Source: Hyphomicrobiaceae bacterium (GTDB lineage: Bacteria; Pseudomonadota; Alphaproteobacteria; Rhizobiales; Hyphomicrobiaceae). Taken from it: 37,548 bases of DNA. The stretch covers positions 1-37,548 of the forward strand of contig JAFMSC010000001.1 in the NCBI GenBank assembly GCA_017353825.1, read 5' to 3'. A program made the position numbers and the translations under genes. The stretch's first letter is position 1. The number at the start of each line of letters is the position of its first letter. The notes beneath the pieces are model-generated. The model was not told where the DNA came from. It saw only the letters and a program-made list of their open reading frames with translations, and searched no databases. Of this stretch, positions 1 through 8,152 are shown piece by piece.

Positions 1-258
1 CCGCTGCTGTTCGCGCTCTCCCTGCACGGGTTCATCGTCGGCCAGCCGTTCCGGTTGCGGCCCCTGCGCCAGGCCATCAGGCCCTGTGTGCAGCACAAGC
101 ACAAGGACCAGATCTGGTTCACGGGTGCCCACGACATCGCCCAGCATTGCTTTGCCATGGAGCGGCATCATTCCGGGCAGCCTCGAGGCGGCCGCCTGGG
201 GCAAAGCCGGCGACGCCACGCGGACGGCGAGCTAGCGTGCCCCGCGGCGCCTTATTAG
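1..258 (+). CDS. C-terminal fragment of a polysaccharide-deacetylase / PuuE-like fold protein (5' end outside window)
   Basis: Frame 1 is open from base 1 to TAG at 256-258. 'PLLFALSLHGFIVGQPFRLRPLRQAI...KDQIWFTGAHDIAQH' resembles the conserved C-terminus of PuuE-type deacetylase-fold proteins (from memory). The last ~30 aa look atypical. Confidence 0.45.
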   Translation, partial: PLLFALSLHGFIVGQPFRLRPLRQAIRPCVQHKHKDQIWFTGAHDIAQHCFAMERHHSGQPRGGRLGQSRRRHADGELACPAAPY

Positions 259-285
259 GTCGGGCGTAGCACCCCAATCCGACCT
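256..285. repeat. REP-like hairpin (AGGTCGG-N15-CCGACCT) directly after the upstream stop codon
   Basis: 7-bp inverted repeat seen directly. The loop 'gcgtagcaccccaat' resembles the GGCGAAGCCCGYAATC motif at 13051 and 37457. Confidence 0.35.
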
Positions 286-286
286 C

Positions 287-320
287 GCTGGGCTGCCCTC
301 CTTGCTGGGCTGCCCTCCTT
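287..320. repeat. Tandem repeat, 17 bp x2 (GCTGGGCTGCCCTCCTT)
   Basis: Two perfect adjacent copies in the convergent spacer. Confidence 0.95.
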
Positions 321-373
321 CATGCGGGTCCCACCGGCCTGATCGAGGGCGACCGGCTTGACTGCGATCGCCA

Positions 374-1348
374 TCAATGGAGGCTGGCGCGGCGTGCGGC
401 CGTGGCTTCCGCGGTGGTGAGCGTCGGCTCGACCGCGCCCATGCGGCCGCCCAGCCAAGCGGCAAGCGCGCCGAGAAGGAGGGCAAGGGAGCCGAACAAG
501 GCGCCGCGCGAGACCGCGGTAGCGGCCATTTGAGCGGCAGACGCAGCCTGCTCCTTCGCCACGTTGATGGCCTGGCGGTACTGCTCATCGTAGCGTCCGA
601 GCTGGGTGCGCGCCTGATCGGCGGGCACGCCCTGGGCCTTGGCGAGTGCCTGGACGGCGCGCTCGCGGGCGTCCTGGGCCTGGGCCGGATCGGACGTGAC
701 AGCGGAGCGCACGGCCGATACGGCCGCGTCCTTGAGGGCCGCTGGGTCGTTGCCGCCGCTGGCACCGCGAATGGCCTTCTCGATGCTCGCAAATGGGTCG
801 GCGGTGCGCGACACTCCGGGGGCTGCCGCCTGGAGGGCCGCCTGCGCGGCGGTGCCCACGGCCTGCGTGGCCCCGCCCGAGAGGCTGGCGAGCGTCCAGA
901 AGGCGCCGCCCAGGATCGCCCCGATCGCCGTGGTAAGCATGGCGAACATCAAGAGGGTGGAGAGTGCCCAAGCCGTAAGGCCATGCCACCCGCCTGTCTG
1001 CTTGCGCTGTCCGGACAGGCGCCCGGCGGCATAGCCGCCCACCAGCGCGGAGATGATGCCCGATAAGATCCCCCACAGCCCCGCGCCAATCGAGAACGAG
1101 GCGGCGGAGGGATTGGCGCCGCCGGCGGGATCGAAGGCGGAGGCTCCGAGGCCGATGCCGATCAGATTGAGGATCGACTGGGTGGCGAGGGCCAGCACCA
1201 CGCCGGCCAGCACGGCGCCCCAGCAGACGCGGTTGCTGAGGATGGTGCGCATGTCGTCTTCCGGCGTCACGCCGGTGGCATAGGCTGCGTCCGGTTCGCC
1301 GCGGGGCCGGGCGGGCTCTTGGGCGGTCTCTGGCTGGATGGAGGCCAT
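374..1348 (-). CDS. Integral membrane protein, function unknown
   Basis: ORF 374..1807 trimmed to the internal ATG (CAT at 1346-1348). The upstream part is Pro/Arg-rich and runs through intergenic tandem repeats. From MASIQPE... there are several hydrophobic helices (e.g. WGAVLAGVVLALATQSILNLIGIGLG, LTAWALSTLLMFAMLTTAIGAILGGAFW), an Ala/Gln-rich soluble stretch and a C-terminal helix (ALFGSLALLLGALAAWLGG). Confidence 0.7.
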   Translation of the reverse strand: MASIQPETAQEPARPRGEPDAAYATGVTPEDDMRTILSNRVCWGAVLAGVVLALATQSILNLIGIGLGASAFDPAGGANPSAASFSIGAGLWGILSGIISALVGGYAAGRLSGQRKQTGGWHGLTAWALSTLLMFAMLTTAIGAILGGAFWTLASLSGGATQAVGTAAQAALQAAAPGVSRTADPFASIEKAIRGASGGNDPAALKDAAVSAVRSAVTSDPAQAQDARERAVQALAKAQGVPADQARTQLGRYDEQYRQAINVAKEQAASAAQMAATAVSRGALFGSLALLLGALAAWLGGRMGAVEPTLTTAEATAARRASLH

Positions 1349-1444
1349 GATCGTGCTCCGAGCTTGGCTAAAGGCTTTGAGGGGAGAATGCCCGTTTCCA
1401 AGCCCGGTTCCGTCGAGCCCGCGCAGGCGGGGTTCAAGATGCTC

Positions 1445-1523
1445 AAGGTGGCCCCAAAGGTGGCCCCAAGGTGTCCCCAAGGTGCCCCCCCAAGGTGCCC
1501 CCAAGGCGCCCCCAAGGCGCCCC
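1445..1523. repeat. Tandem repeat, ~7 copies of an 11-13 bp unit AAGGTGSCCCC (minus strand GGGGSCACCTT)
   Basis: Read directly: caaggtggcccca/aaggtggcccc/aaggtgtcccc/aaggtgccccccc/aaggtgccccc/aaggcgccccc/aaggcgcccc. Lies in the divergent spacer 1349-1713. Confidence 0.95.
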
Positions 1524-1545
1524 ATGTTCGTGTGCCCGTGCGCAT

Positions 1546-1587
1546 GAGAATTGCCGGGGAACAAAGCAGAATTGGCGGGGAACAAAG
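1546..1587. repeat. Tandem repeat, 21 bp x2 (AGAATTGSCGGGGAACAAAGC)
   Basis: Two adjacent copies differing at one base. Confidence 0.95.
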
Positions 1588-1713
1588 CGCGACCGCTCAG
1601 GTTGTCCAAGGGTCCGCCCGCGAGGCGGTTCGGCGGGGTTGGGAACCTGTAGGCCGCGGAGCGTGACGGGCATCCACGTTCCGGCTGCGGCCGGCTTCGG
1701 AAAGCGAGGCGAC

Positions 1714-2205
1714 GTGCACGGGATAGGGTCGGCGGCTGTGCTGGCGGCGGGTTTGGCGTGGAGCGTGGCCGCCGCCGATCAGACTGTGGAGGCGGGGCTC
1801 CTTTCATGCCACGTGTCCGACCCGGTCGAGGCCGAGGGGGGCGATACTGGGCAGGTGCGGCGCCTCCTTTGCGACTTCAAGCCGAAGAACGGAGCGGAGG
1901 AAACCTATACGGGCAAGGTGCAGGTGGCGGCGAGATCGCCCGAGGAAAAGCGCACGCTGCTGTGGATGGTTAAGATGACGTCGGCACAGCCCTGGCCTCC
2001 AGGGTTCCTCCAGCAGAGTTATGCGGCCGACCCAAAGACGCCCGCGGGGCAGATCCCCGACCTGATCGGCCAGGTGAACGCGGGTATCGTGCTCCAGTCG
2101 ATGACCGAGAGGAAGGAGGGCAGCGCCAGTGCGGGGGAGAAATCACCGGCAGCCGCCTTCGCCGTGCTCGGGGCGGAACTCAATCTGAAATCCACGACCG
2201 GCTGA
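1714..2205 (+). CDS. DUF992-like small secreted protein
   Basis: Signal-peptide-like start (GSAAVLAAGLAWSVAAA), then 'LLSCHV...LLCDF...YTGKV...LLWMV...LNLKS', a pattern I associate with alphaproteobacterial DUF992 proteins. GTG at 1714 has GAGG 4-5 nt upstream. Start is uncertain (ORF is open from 1471). Confidence 0.65.
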   Translation: MHGIGSAAVLAAGLAWSVAAADQTVEAGLLSCHVSDPVEAEGGDTGQVRRLLCDFKPKNGAEETYTGKVQVAARSPEEKRTLLWMVKMTSAQPWPPGFLQQSYAADPKTPAGQIPDLIGQVNAGIVLQSMTERKEGSASAGEKSPAAAFAVLGAELNLKSTTG

Positions 2206-2213
2206 GGATGCCG

Positions 2214-3245
2214 TCAACGCCAGCCGAGGGCGGGGGCGACGTGGGTGAGGATGGCCTCTATGACGTGGGCGTTGTAGGCGACGCCCAGCTGGTTGGGGAC
2301 GGTGAGGAGCAGCGTATCGGCCTCGGCGATGGCCTCGTCCTCGGCCAGCTGAGTGGCGAGGACGTCCGGCTCGGCGGCGTAGCTGCGTCCGAAGATGGCT
2401 CGCGTCTTAGGGTCGATGAAGCCGATTTGGTCCTGGTCCTCCCTGGAGCCACCGAAGTAGGTGCGGTCGCGGTCGTCAACAAGGGCGAAGATGCTGCGGC
2501 TCACCGACACGCGGGGCTCGCGCGCGTGGCCCGCCGACTTCCAGGCCTCGCGGAAGGCGCGGATCTGAGCGGCCTGCTGAATGTGGAAGGGGCGGCCGTC
2601 CTCATCGTTCTTGAGCGTGGAACTCTGCAGGTGCATGCCGAGCTTGGCGGCCCAGATGGCGGTGGCATTGGAGCCGGCGCCCCACCAGATGCGCTCGCGT
2701 AAGCCCTCCGAGTGCGGCTCGACGCGCAGGAGCCCCGGCGGATTGGCAAACATGGGCCGCGGGTTGGGCTTGGCGAAGCCCTGGCCGCGCAGCACGTCCA
2801 GGAACACCTCGGCGTGATGCCGGCCCATGTCGGCGTCGGTCTGGCCCTCGGGCGGGGCGTAGCCGAAGTAGCGCCAGCCGTCGATCACCTGTTCTGGCGA
2901 GCCGCGGCTGATGCCGAGCTGCAGGCGCCCGCCAGCAATGAGGTCGGCCGCGCCCGCGTCCTCGGCCATGTAGAGCGGGTTCTCATAGCGCATGTCGATG
3001 ACGGCGGTGCCGATCTCGATGCGGCTGGTCCTGGCGCCGACGGCGGCCAACAACGGGAACGGCGAGGCAAGCTGGCGGGCGAAGTGGTGGACGCGGAAAA
3101 AGGCCCCGTCCGCACCCAGCTCCTCGGCGGCGACGGCGAGATCGATGGACTGCAATAGCGCATCGGCGGCCGAGCGGGTCTGCGAGTGGGGCGAGGGCGA
3201 CCAGTGGCCGAACGACAGGAAGCCGATCTTCTTGTTGGCGGGCAT
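2214..3245 (-). CDS. LLM-class (luciferase-like) flavin-dependent oxidoreductase
   Basis: 343-aa ORF with typical LLM features: 'IGFLSFGHW', 'DLAVAAEELGADGAFFRVHHF', 'RIEIGTAVIDMRYENPLYMAE', 'RLQLGISRGSPE'. High GC3. Confidence 0.88.
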   Translation of the reverse strand: MPANKKIGFLSFGHWSPSPHSQTRSAADALLQSIDLAVAAEELGADGAFFRVHHFARQLASPFPLLAAVGARTSRIEIGTAVIDMRYENPLYMAEDAGAADLIAGGRLQLGISRGSPEQVIDGWRYFGYAPPEGQTDADMGRHHAEVFLDVLRGQGFAKPNPRPMFANPPGLLRVEPHSEGLRERIWWGAGSNATAIWAAKLGMHLQSSTLKNDEDGRPFHIQQAAQIRAFREAWKSAGHAREPRVSVSRSIFALVDDRDRTYFGGSREDQDQIGFIDPKTRAIFGRSYAAEPDVLATQLAEDEAIAEADTLLLTVPNQLGVAYNAHVIEAILTHVAPALGWR

Positions 3246-3411
3246 GGACGAGGGTTCCGGGAGAGATGCGCAAGCGAGCTCTTGAGGAGAAGCGCGTACT
3301 GCCTCGCCGCCGCACTGTAAACCCGGAGTGAGTGGAACGCTGGCAGGGCCGCGAGGATTGTCTTAGGCACTGGCAGATGATGACAGATGATGATGAAGTG
3401 CGTGGCCCCCC

Positions 3412-3465
3412 ATGACGTCCCGCGGTGAAATGACGTCCCGCGGTGAAATGGCGTCCCGTGGTGAG
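3412..3465. repeat. Tandem repeat, 18 bp x3 (ATGACGTCCCGCGGTGAA; third copy degenerate)
   Basis: Seen directly in the 462-bp divergent spacer between the LLM gene and the HAD-NTPase gene. The unit contains the palindrome TGACGTCA-like TGACGTC. Confidence 0.95.
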
Positions 3466-3707
3466 GCGGCCACGTGCGGCTCCCCTTGGGGAGAGGACGT
3501 GAGGCCATCACTTGCGATCGTGCACCGTGCGGGCAGCCGATAAAATCGCACGCGCGCGGACGTAAGTCATTTGGCCGAGTTGGTGAGGGAGCGTCTGTGT
3601 TGGGAAGGCTCCTCATCGGGCCCTTTCGGGACGCCTCCTCCACCCCTTCGCTCTGGAGGTTCATTGCAAACCGCTGAGCATCTCAACATCGTGAGGTTGC
3701 GCCCCCC

Positions 3708-5426
3708 GTGTTCTTTGTGGCCCTAGTGACTGACTACGACGGCACCCTGGCCAAGGACGGTCGGGTGGATGGCGCCACCGTCAAGGCCCTGGAGGAGGTG
3801 CGGCGCTGCGGCCGCAAGCTGGTCCTGGTCACCGGCCGCGAGCTTGCTAGCCTTGAACGCGCCTTTCCGGAGCTAGCTCTGTTCGATCTCGTGGTGGCCG
3901 AGAATGGCGCTCTCATCTTCAACCCGGCCAAGAAGCTTGAGACCCTGCTGGCCGAGCCACCCTCGCAGGCGCTGATCGAACGGCTGCGGGCGCGCGCCGT
4001 GGCGCCGCTGTCGGTGGGCCGTACCATCATCGCCACGCGCGAGCCGCACGAGAAGGTCGTCCTGGAGGCGATCCACGAGCTGGGGCTGGAGCTGCATATT
4101 ATCTTCAACAAGGGCGCGGTGATGGTGCTGCCAGGCAACGTCAACAAGGCCTGGGGGCTCAAGCGGGCGCTGAAGGCGCTGTGCCTGTCGCCGCACAACG
4201 TGGTGGGCATCGGCGATGCCGAGAACGACCAGGCGTTCCTGAGCGCCTGCGGCTGCGCCGCCGCCGTGGCCAACGCGCTGGCGTCGGTGAAGGCGCGGGC
4301 CGACATGGTGGTCTCCGATCACGGCGCCGGCGTCGCGGAGCTAGCCCGGCTCATGACCGAGCACGACCTTGTCGGCTGCCGCCTGAACCTTCCGAGGATC
4401 CGACCCGTGATCGGAACCCTGGCGGACGGCGGGGCGGGTAAGGTCCCCGTGTGCCTCAGTCCGTTCGAGACCCTCCTGATCACCGGCTCCTCTGGCGGCG
4501 GCAAGTCCACCTTGGTGACGGCGCTGCTGGAACAGATGCAGGATCTCGCTTTCCAGTTCTGCGTGGTCGATCCGGAGGGGGACTACTCGGAATTTCCCGA
4601 TGCGGTGGTGGTGGGGGACAGCCGGCAAGAGCCGAGGCTGTCGGAAGTCATGCACCTGCTGGGCAAGCCCGATGTGAGCGTGGTTGTGAACCTGCTGGCC
4701 ATCGACCCCCAGGAGCGGCCGGGCTTCCTCGCCAAGTTCCTGCCCGAAATCGCCAAGCTGCGCTCCCAAACCGGTCGGCCGCATTGGATCGTGCTTGACG
4801 AGGCGCATCACTGCCTGCCAGCCGGCCGCGACGCCGCGCCCATGCTTCCCCGCGAGTTCCCGGCCGCGGTCGCAGTGACGGTGCACCCAGAGGAGGTCGC
4901 CCCGCATTTCCTCAAGACCGTGACGACCGTAGTGGGCGTCGGCGACGGCTCGCTCGCCGCCATCGGGAAGTTCTGCAAGGCGACCGGCCGGCCGCTGCCT
5001 CAGCTGGCCGTTGGGCTCAAGGACGCGGAAGTCCACGTGCTCGGCCGCGAGGGCCCGGTCGAGGTGGTCGCGCCGCGCAAGCCCAAGGAGAAGCAGAAGC
5101 GCCACGCGCGCAAGTACGCCGAGGGCGATCTCGGCGCCGACAAGAGCTTCCGCTTCCGTGGTCCCGACAACGCGCTCAACCTGCGCGCCCAGAACCTGTC
5201 GACCTTCCTGCAGATGGGCGAAGGCGTGGACGACAGGACTTGGCTGCACCACCTGCGCGCCGGCGAGTATTCGAGGTGGTTCCGTAATGCCATCAAGGAT
5301 GATGATCTGGCCGCCGAGGCCGCCGTCATCGAGGCGGACGCGTCGCTGTCGCCGGAGGAGAGTAGAGCGCGCATCAAAGACATCATCGACCGCCGCTACA
5401 CTGCGCCTGCGAAAGAGAAGTGCTAG
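3708..5426 (+). CDS. Fusion protein: N-terminal HAD-IIB-type phosphatase domain + C-terminal HerA/FtsK-like P-loop NTPase domain
   Basis: GTG start. HAD motif I 'LVTDYDGTLA', motif II-like 'LVLVTGR', motif IV 'GIGDAENDQAF'. Then Walker A 'ITGSSGGGKST' and Walker B 'WIVLDEAHH'. Confidence 0.8.
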   Translation: MFFVALVTDYDGTLAKDGRVDGATVKALEEVRRCGRKLVLVTGRELASLERAFPELALFDLVVAENGALIFNPAKKLETLLAEPPSQALIERLRARAVAPLSVGRTIIATREPHEKVVLEAIHELGLELHIIFNKGAVMVLPGNVNKAWGLKRALKALCLSPHNVVGIGDAENDQAFLSACGCAAAVANALASVKARADMVVSDHGAGVAELARLMTEHDLVGCRLNLPRIRPVIGTLADGGAGKVPVCLSPFETLLITGSSGGGKSTLVTALLEQMQDLAFQFCVVDPEGDYSEFPDAVVVGDSRQEPRLSEVMHLLGKPDVSVVVNLLAIDPQERPGFLAKFLPEIAKLRSQTGRPHWIVLDEAHHCLPAGRDAAPMLPREFPAAVAVTVHPEEVAPHFLKTVTTVVGVGDGSLAAIGKFCKATGRPLPQLAVGLKDAEVHVLGREGPVEVVAPRKPKEKQKRHARKYAEGDLGADKSFRFRGPDNALNLRAQNLSTFLQMGEGVDDRTWLHHLRAGEYSRWFRNAIKDDDLAAEAAVIEADASLSPEESRARIKDIIDRRYTAPAKEKC

Positions 5427-5537
5427 CGACGCCGGGGTGGCAGGCGGCGGGTTTGGCCGGTGGAAGACGCGAGCGGGGAGCGAGCCCGTGCTGCCGGGCC
5501 GCGAGCGGGGGCGAGAGAGCAGGCGGTGGACATGCGG

Positions 5538-6584
5538 CTATCGCCGCGTGTAGCCCTTGAGCCGGTCGAGCAGATCCTTGAGCGGGTCGTCGACCCAGGC
5601 GTAGGTGAGAAAGTCGCGGTGGTCGGCGTCCTTAGGAGCGGGCAGGAAGGCGACGCTGCCCGGCCGCAACCGCGGCTCCAGTGACGTGGCAACTGGGATG
5701 TGCCGTCCAGCGAGCACCTTCTGCAGCTGGTCATTGCGTGCCTGGGTGGAGTGCGTGTAGGTGCTCACGAAGAAGGCGGACTTCTGTCTGGCTACCCAGT
5801 CGGCGAAGGTGTCAAGCTCACCGTAGAGGGCGTCGAACAACACCACACCTCGCAGACGGTTACCGATGCCGCCGTGGTGAACGCACGAGGCCGTCGTGAG
5901 GTAGCCGCCGCTGTAGGCCACGATCACCACCGGCATGCTGGCGAACGATCTCACCGAGCGCGGGTCGCCGTGCAGGCGCGCTAGGTACTGCGCGGCCTCA
6001 CCCAGGAAGCGGGCGAAGGCGCCCGGTTCCCAGAACTTGCCGGCGCTGGAGTCGGCGGCGTTGAAGGCGAGCTGCGGCGCCACCAGCGCAGCGTTGATGC
6101 CCGAGGCGGAAATCTGCGCCGGCACCTGCTGGCGCAGATAGACATCGTCGGCGAGCTTGGCACCGTGGCCGTGGAAGAAGACGATGAGGAGGCTCGGCCG
6201 CCGGATGTCGAAGCCCTTGGGCAAGTGCAGCAGCACCTGGCGGTCGCTGTAGGTCTCGTCCTCCCAGTAGATGCGGCCGGCGCCGGTGCGATGGCCGCGC
6301 CGACCGTTCTCGTCCACGTCCAGAAATGGCTTGTTGGTGCGCGGTACCAGCCCGTGATACGGGAACGGGGCCGTCTCGAACTCCACGAGCTTGGAGCGTG
6401 CGCGAGCGAGAGGGCCGCTGCGAGCCTGCACCGGGTAGGGAACGGGGATGCTCTCGACGGCGGTCTCAGTTCGCGCGGCCGGCGCCCCGGCAGCTCTGCC
6501 GGCGACCGCCAGTCCCCCCAAGAGGAGCAGCGCGGCGGCGATCCGCGCGGGGGAACCCCCGTATCTTCCCCTAGGCTCCTGCAA
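5538..6584 (-). CDS. Secreted alpha/beta-hydrolase-like protein, function unknown
   Basis: TTG start (the only in-frame start after an upstream stop). Signal peptide 'RIAAALLLLGGLAVAGRAAGA'. 'LLIVFFHGHG' and 'VVIVAYSGGY' resemble oxyanion and nucleophile-elbow regions of alpha/beta hydrolases. Confidence 0.65.
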   Translation of the reverse strand: MQEPRGRYGGSPARIAAALLLLGGLAVAGRAAGAPAARTETAVESIPVPYPVQARSGPLARARSKLVEFETAPFPYHGLVPRTNKPFLDVDENGRRGHRTGAGRIYWEDETYSDRQVLLHLPKGFDIRRPSLLIVFFHGHGAKLADDVYLRQQVPAQISASGINAALVAPQLAFNAADSSAGKFWEPGAFARFLGEAAQYLARLHGDPRSVRSFASMPVVIVAYSGGYLTTASCVHHGGIGNRLRGVVLFDALYGELDTFADWVARQKSAFFVSTYTHSTQARNDQLQKVLAGRHIPVATSLEPRLRPGSVAFLPAPKDADHRDFLTYAWVDDPLKDLLDRLKGYTRR

Positions 6585-6778
6585 GTCTCACCATCTGAAA
6601 ACGTCTTCCCGAAATCCCTGCCGCACCGGAACGACGCGTCGAGCCTCGAGCCGAACCCGATGCCAATGTCACGCGGGCAGCGCTCAACTAAGCCCCAATC
6701 GTGTCCGAAGCGTGGACATATCCTGGTGATCATGCTTAACGCCTTGCTGCCGCACCCGTTTCGAAAAATGGGCCTGTC

Positions 6779-8149
6779 ATGACCGCTGGACGCTTGGGCA
6801 AGATTGCATCTGGCGGCGCCTCTGAGAAGGCTGCGCCGGTGACGGCGGCGACGGCCGTGGCGTTGGCCGTGGCGAACATGATCGGCATCGGCGTGTTCAC
6901 CAGCCTGGGGTTTCAGGTGCGGGACCTGCCCTCCGGCTTCGCGCTCATCCTGCTGTGGGTGGTGGGCGGCATCATCGCGCTCTGCGGAGGGCTCTCCTAT
7001 GCCGAGCTGGCGACCGCGTTTCCCCGCTCAGGTGGCGAGTACAACCTGCTGTCGCACATTTATCACCGCGCGGTGGGGTTCCTCGCGGGCTGGCTGTCGG
7101 CGACGGTTGGCTTCTCGGCGCCGACGGCGTTGGCGGCCATGGCCTTCAGCGGCTACCTCGTGGGCGCCTGGCCCGGCGGCGTGCCGCCGTGGGTGACGGT
7201 GGCGCTGGCCCTGGCGGTGGTCTGGATCGTCACGCTCGTGCACCTCATCGGCACCAAGGGCGCCAGCACGTTCCAGAACGTGTCCACCCTGTTCAAGGTT
7301 GCGCTTATCGTCGGGTTCATCGCCATGGCCGGCGCCTACGGCCATCGCCAGCCGCTGTCGTTCGCGCCCTCTGCGGGGGACATCTCGCTCATCGTGAGCC
7401 CGCCGTTCGCCGTCAGCCTGGCCTATGTGATGTACTCCTATGCCGGCTGGAACGCCGTGACCTACATTGCCGGCGAGGTGCGCGACCCGCGCCACACGGT
7501 CCCGTTCTCGGTCATCGCCGGCGTCGCCGTCGTTACGCTGCTCTACGTTGCCCTCAACGCCGTGTTTCTCTACACCACGCCGCTGTCCCAGCTCGCGGGG
7601 CAGATCCCTGTGGCTGCCATCGCCGGCCAGCACATCTTCGGCGCCACAGGCGCGCGCATCGTCGATGCGGTCATCTCAATCGGCCTGGTGCCGTCGATCA
7701 GTGCCATGATGTGGCTCGGACCGCGCGTGACCATGGCGATGGGGGAGGACTTCCCGCTGCTGTCAGCCTTCGCGCGCAAGACCCGGAGCGGGGTGCCGGC
7801 ATTGGCCGTCATTTTGCAACTGGCTGTGGTGACTTTGCTACTGTTCACGCAGAGTTTCGAGTCGATCGTCGAGTTCATACAATTTAGTTTAACGATCTCG
7901 TCGTTCCTTACCGTACTGGGCGTCATCGTGCTTCGCTTCACGCAGCCGGCACTGCCCCGCCCCTACAAGGTCTGGGGCTATCCGATCACTCCGCTTCTGT
8001 TCCTGGCCGTGTCGCTGTTCATGATGATCAACCTCGTGCTGGAAAGACCCGCGCAATCACTGACCGGGGTCGGCATTATGCTGTCGGGCTTGATTGTCTA
8101 CGCCGTCTCGGTCAGACATTCCCGCGGTAATATCCCAGGGAGTTCCTGA
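6779..8149 (+). CDS. APC-family amino acid permease
   Basis: 456 aa, about 12 hydrophobic segments. The N-terminal 'ANMIGIGVFTSLGF' and 'LSYAELATAFPRSGGEY' motifs are typical of APC transporters. Confidence 0.9.
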   Translation: MTAGRLGKIASGGASEKAAPVTAATAVALAVANMIGIGVFTSLGFQVRDLPSGFALILLWVVGGIIALCGGLSYAELATAFPRSGGEYNLLSHIYHRAVGFLAGWLSATVGFSAPTALAAMAFSGYLVGAWPGGVPPWVTVALALAVVWIVTLVHLIGTKGASTFQNVSTLFKVALIVGFIAMAGAYGHRQPLSFAPSAGDISLIVSPPFAVSLAYVMYSYAGWNAVTYIAGEVRDPRHTVPFSVIAGVAVVTLLYVALNAVFLYTTPLSQLAGQIPVAAIAGQHIFGATGARIVDAVISIGLVPSISAMMWLGPRVTMAMGEDFPLLSAFARKTRSGVPALAVILQLAVVTLLLFTQSFESIVEFIQFSLTISSFLTVLGVIVLRFTQPALPRPYKVWGYPITPLLFLAVSLFMMINLVLERPAQSLTGVGIMLSGLIVYAVSVRHSRGNIPGSS

Positions 8150-8152
8150 GTC

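Noticed and set aside
1349-1807. N-terminal 153 codons of ORF 374..1807
   Set aside because: Pro/Arg/Gly-rich, and they translate the intergenic tandem repeats (GAPWG... periodicity). The internal ATG at 1348 precedes the first hydrophobic helix.
4341-5252. 303-aa minus-strand ORF, and similar ORFs at 3734-4322
   Set aside because: Antisense shadows of the HAD-NTPase fusion gene, with no recognisable motifs.
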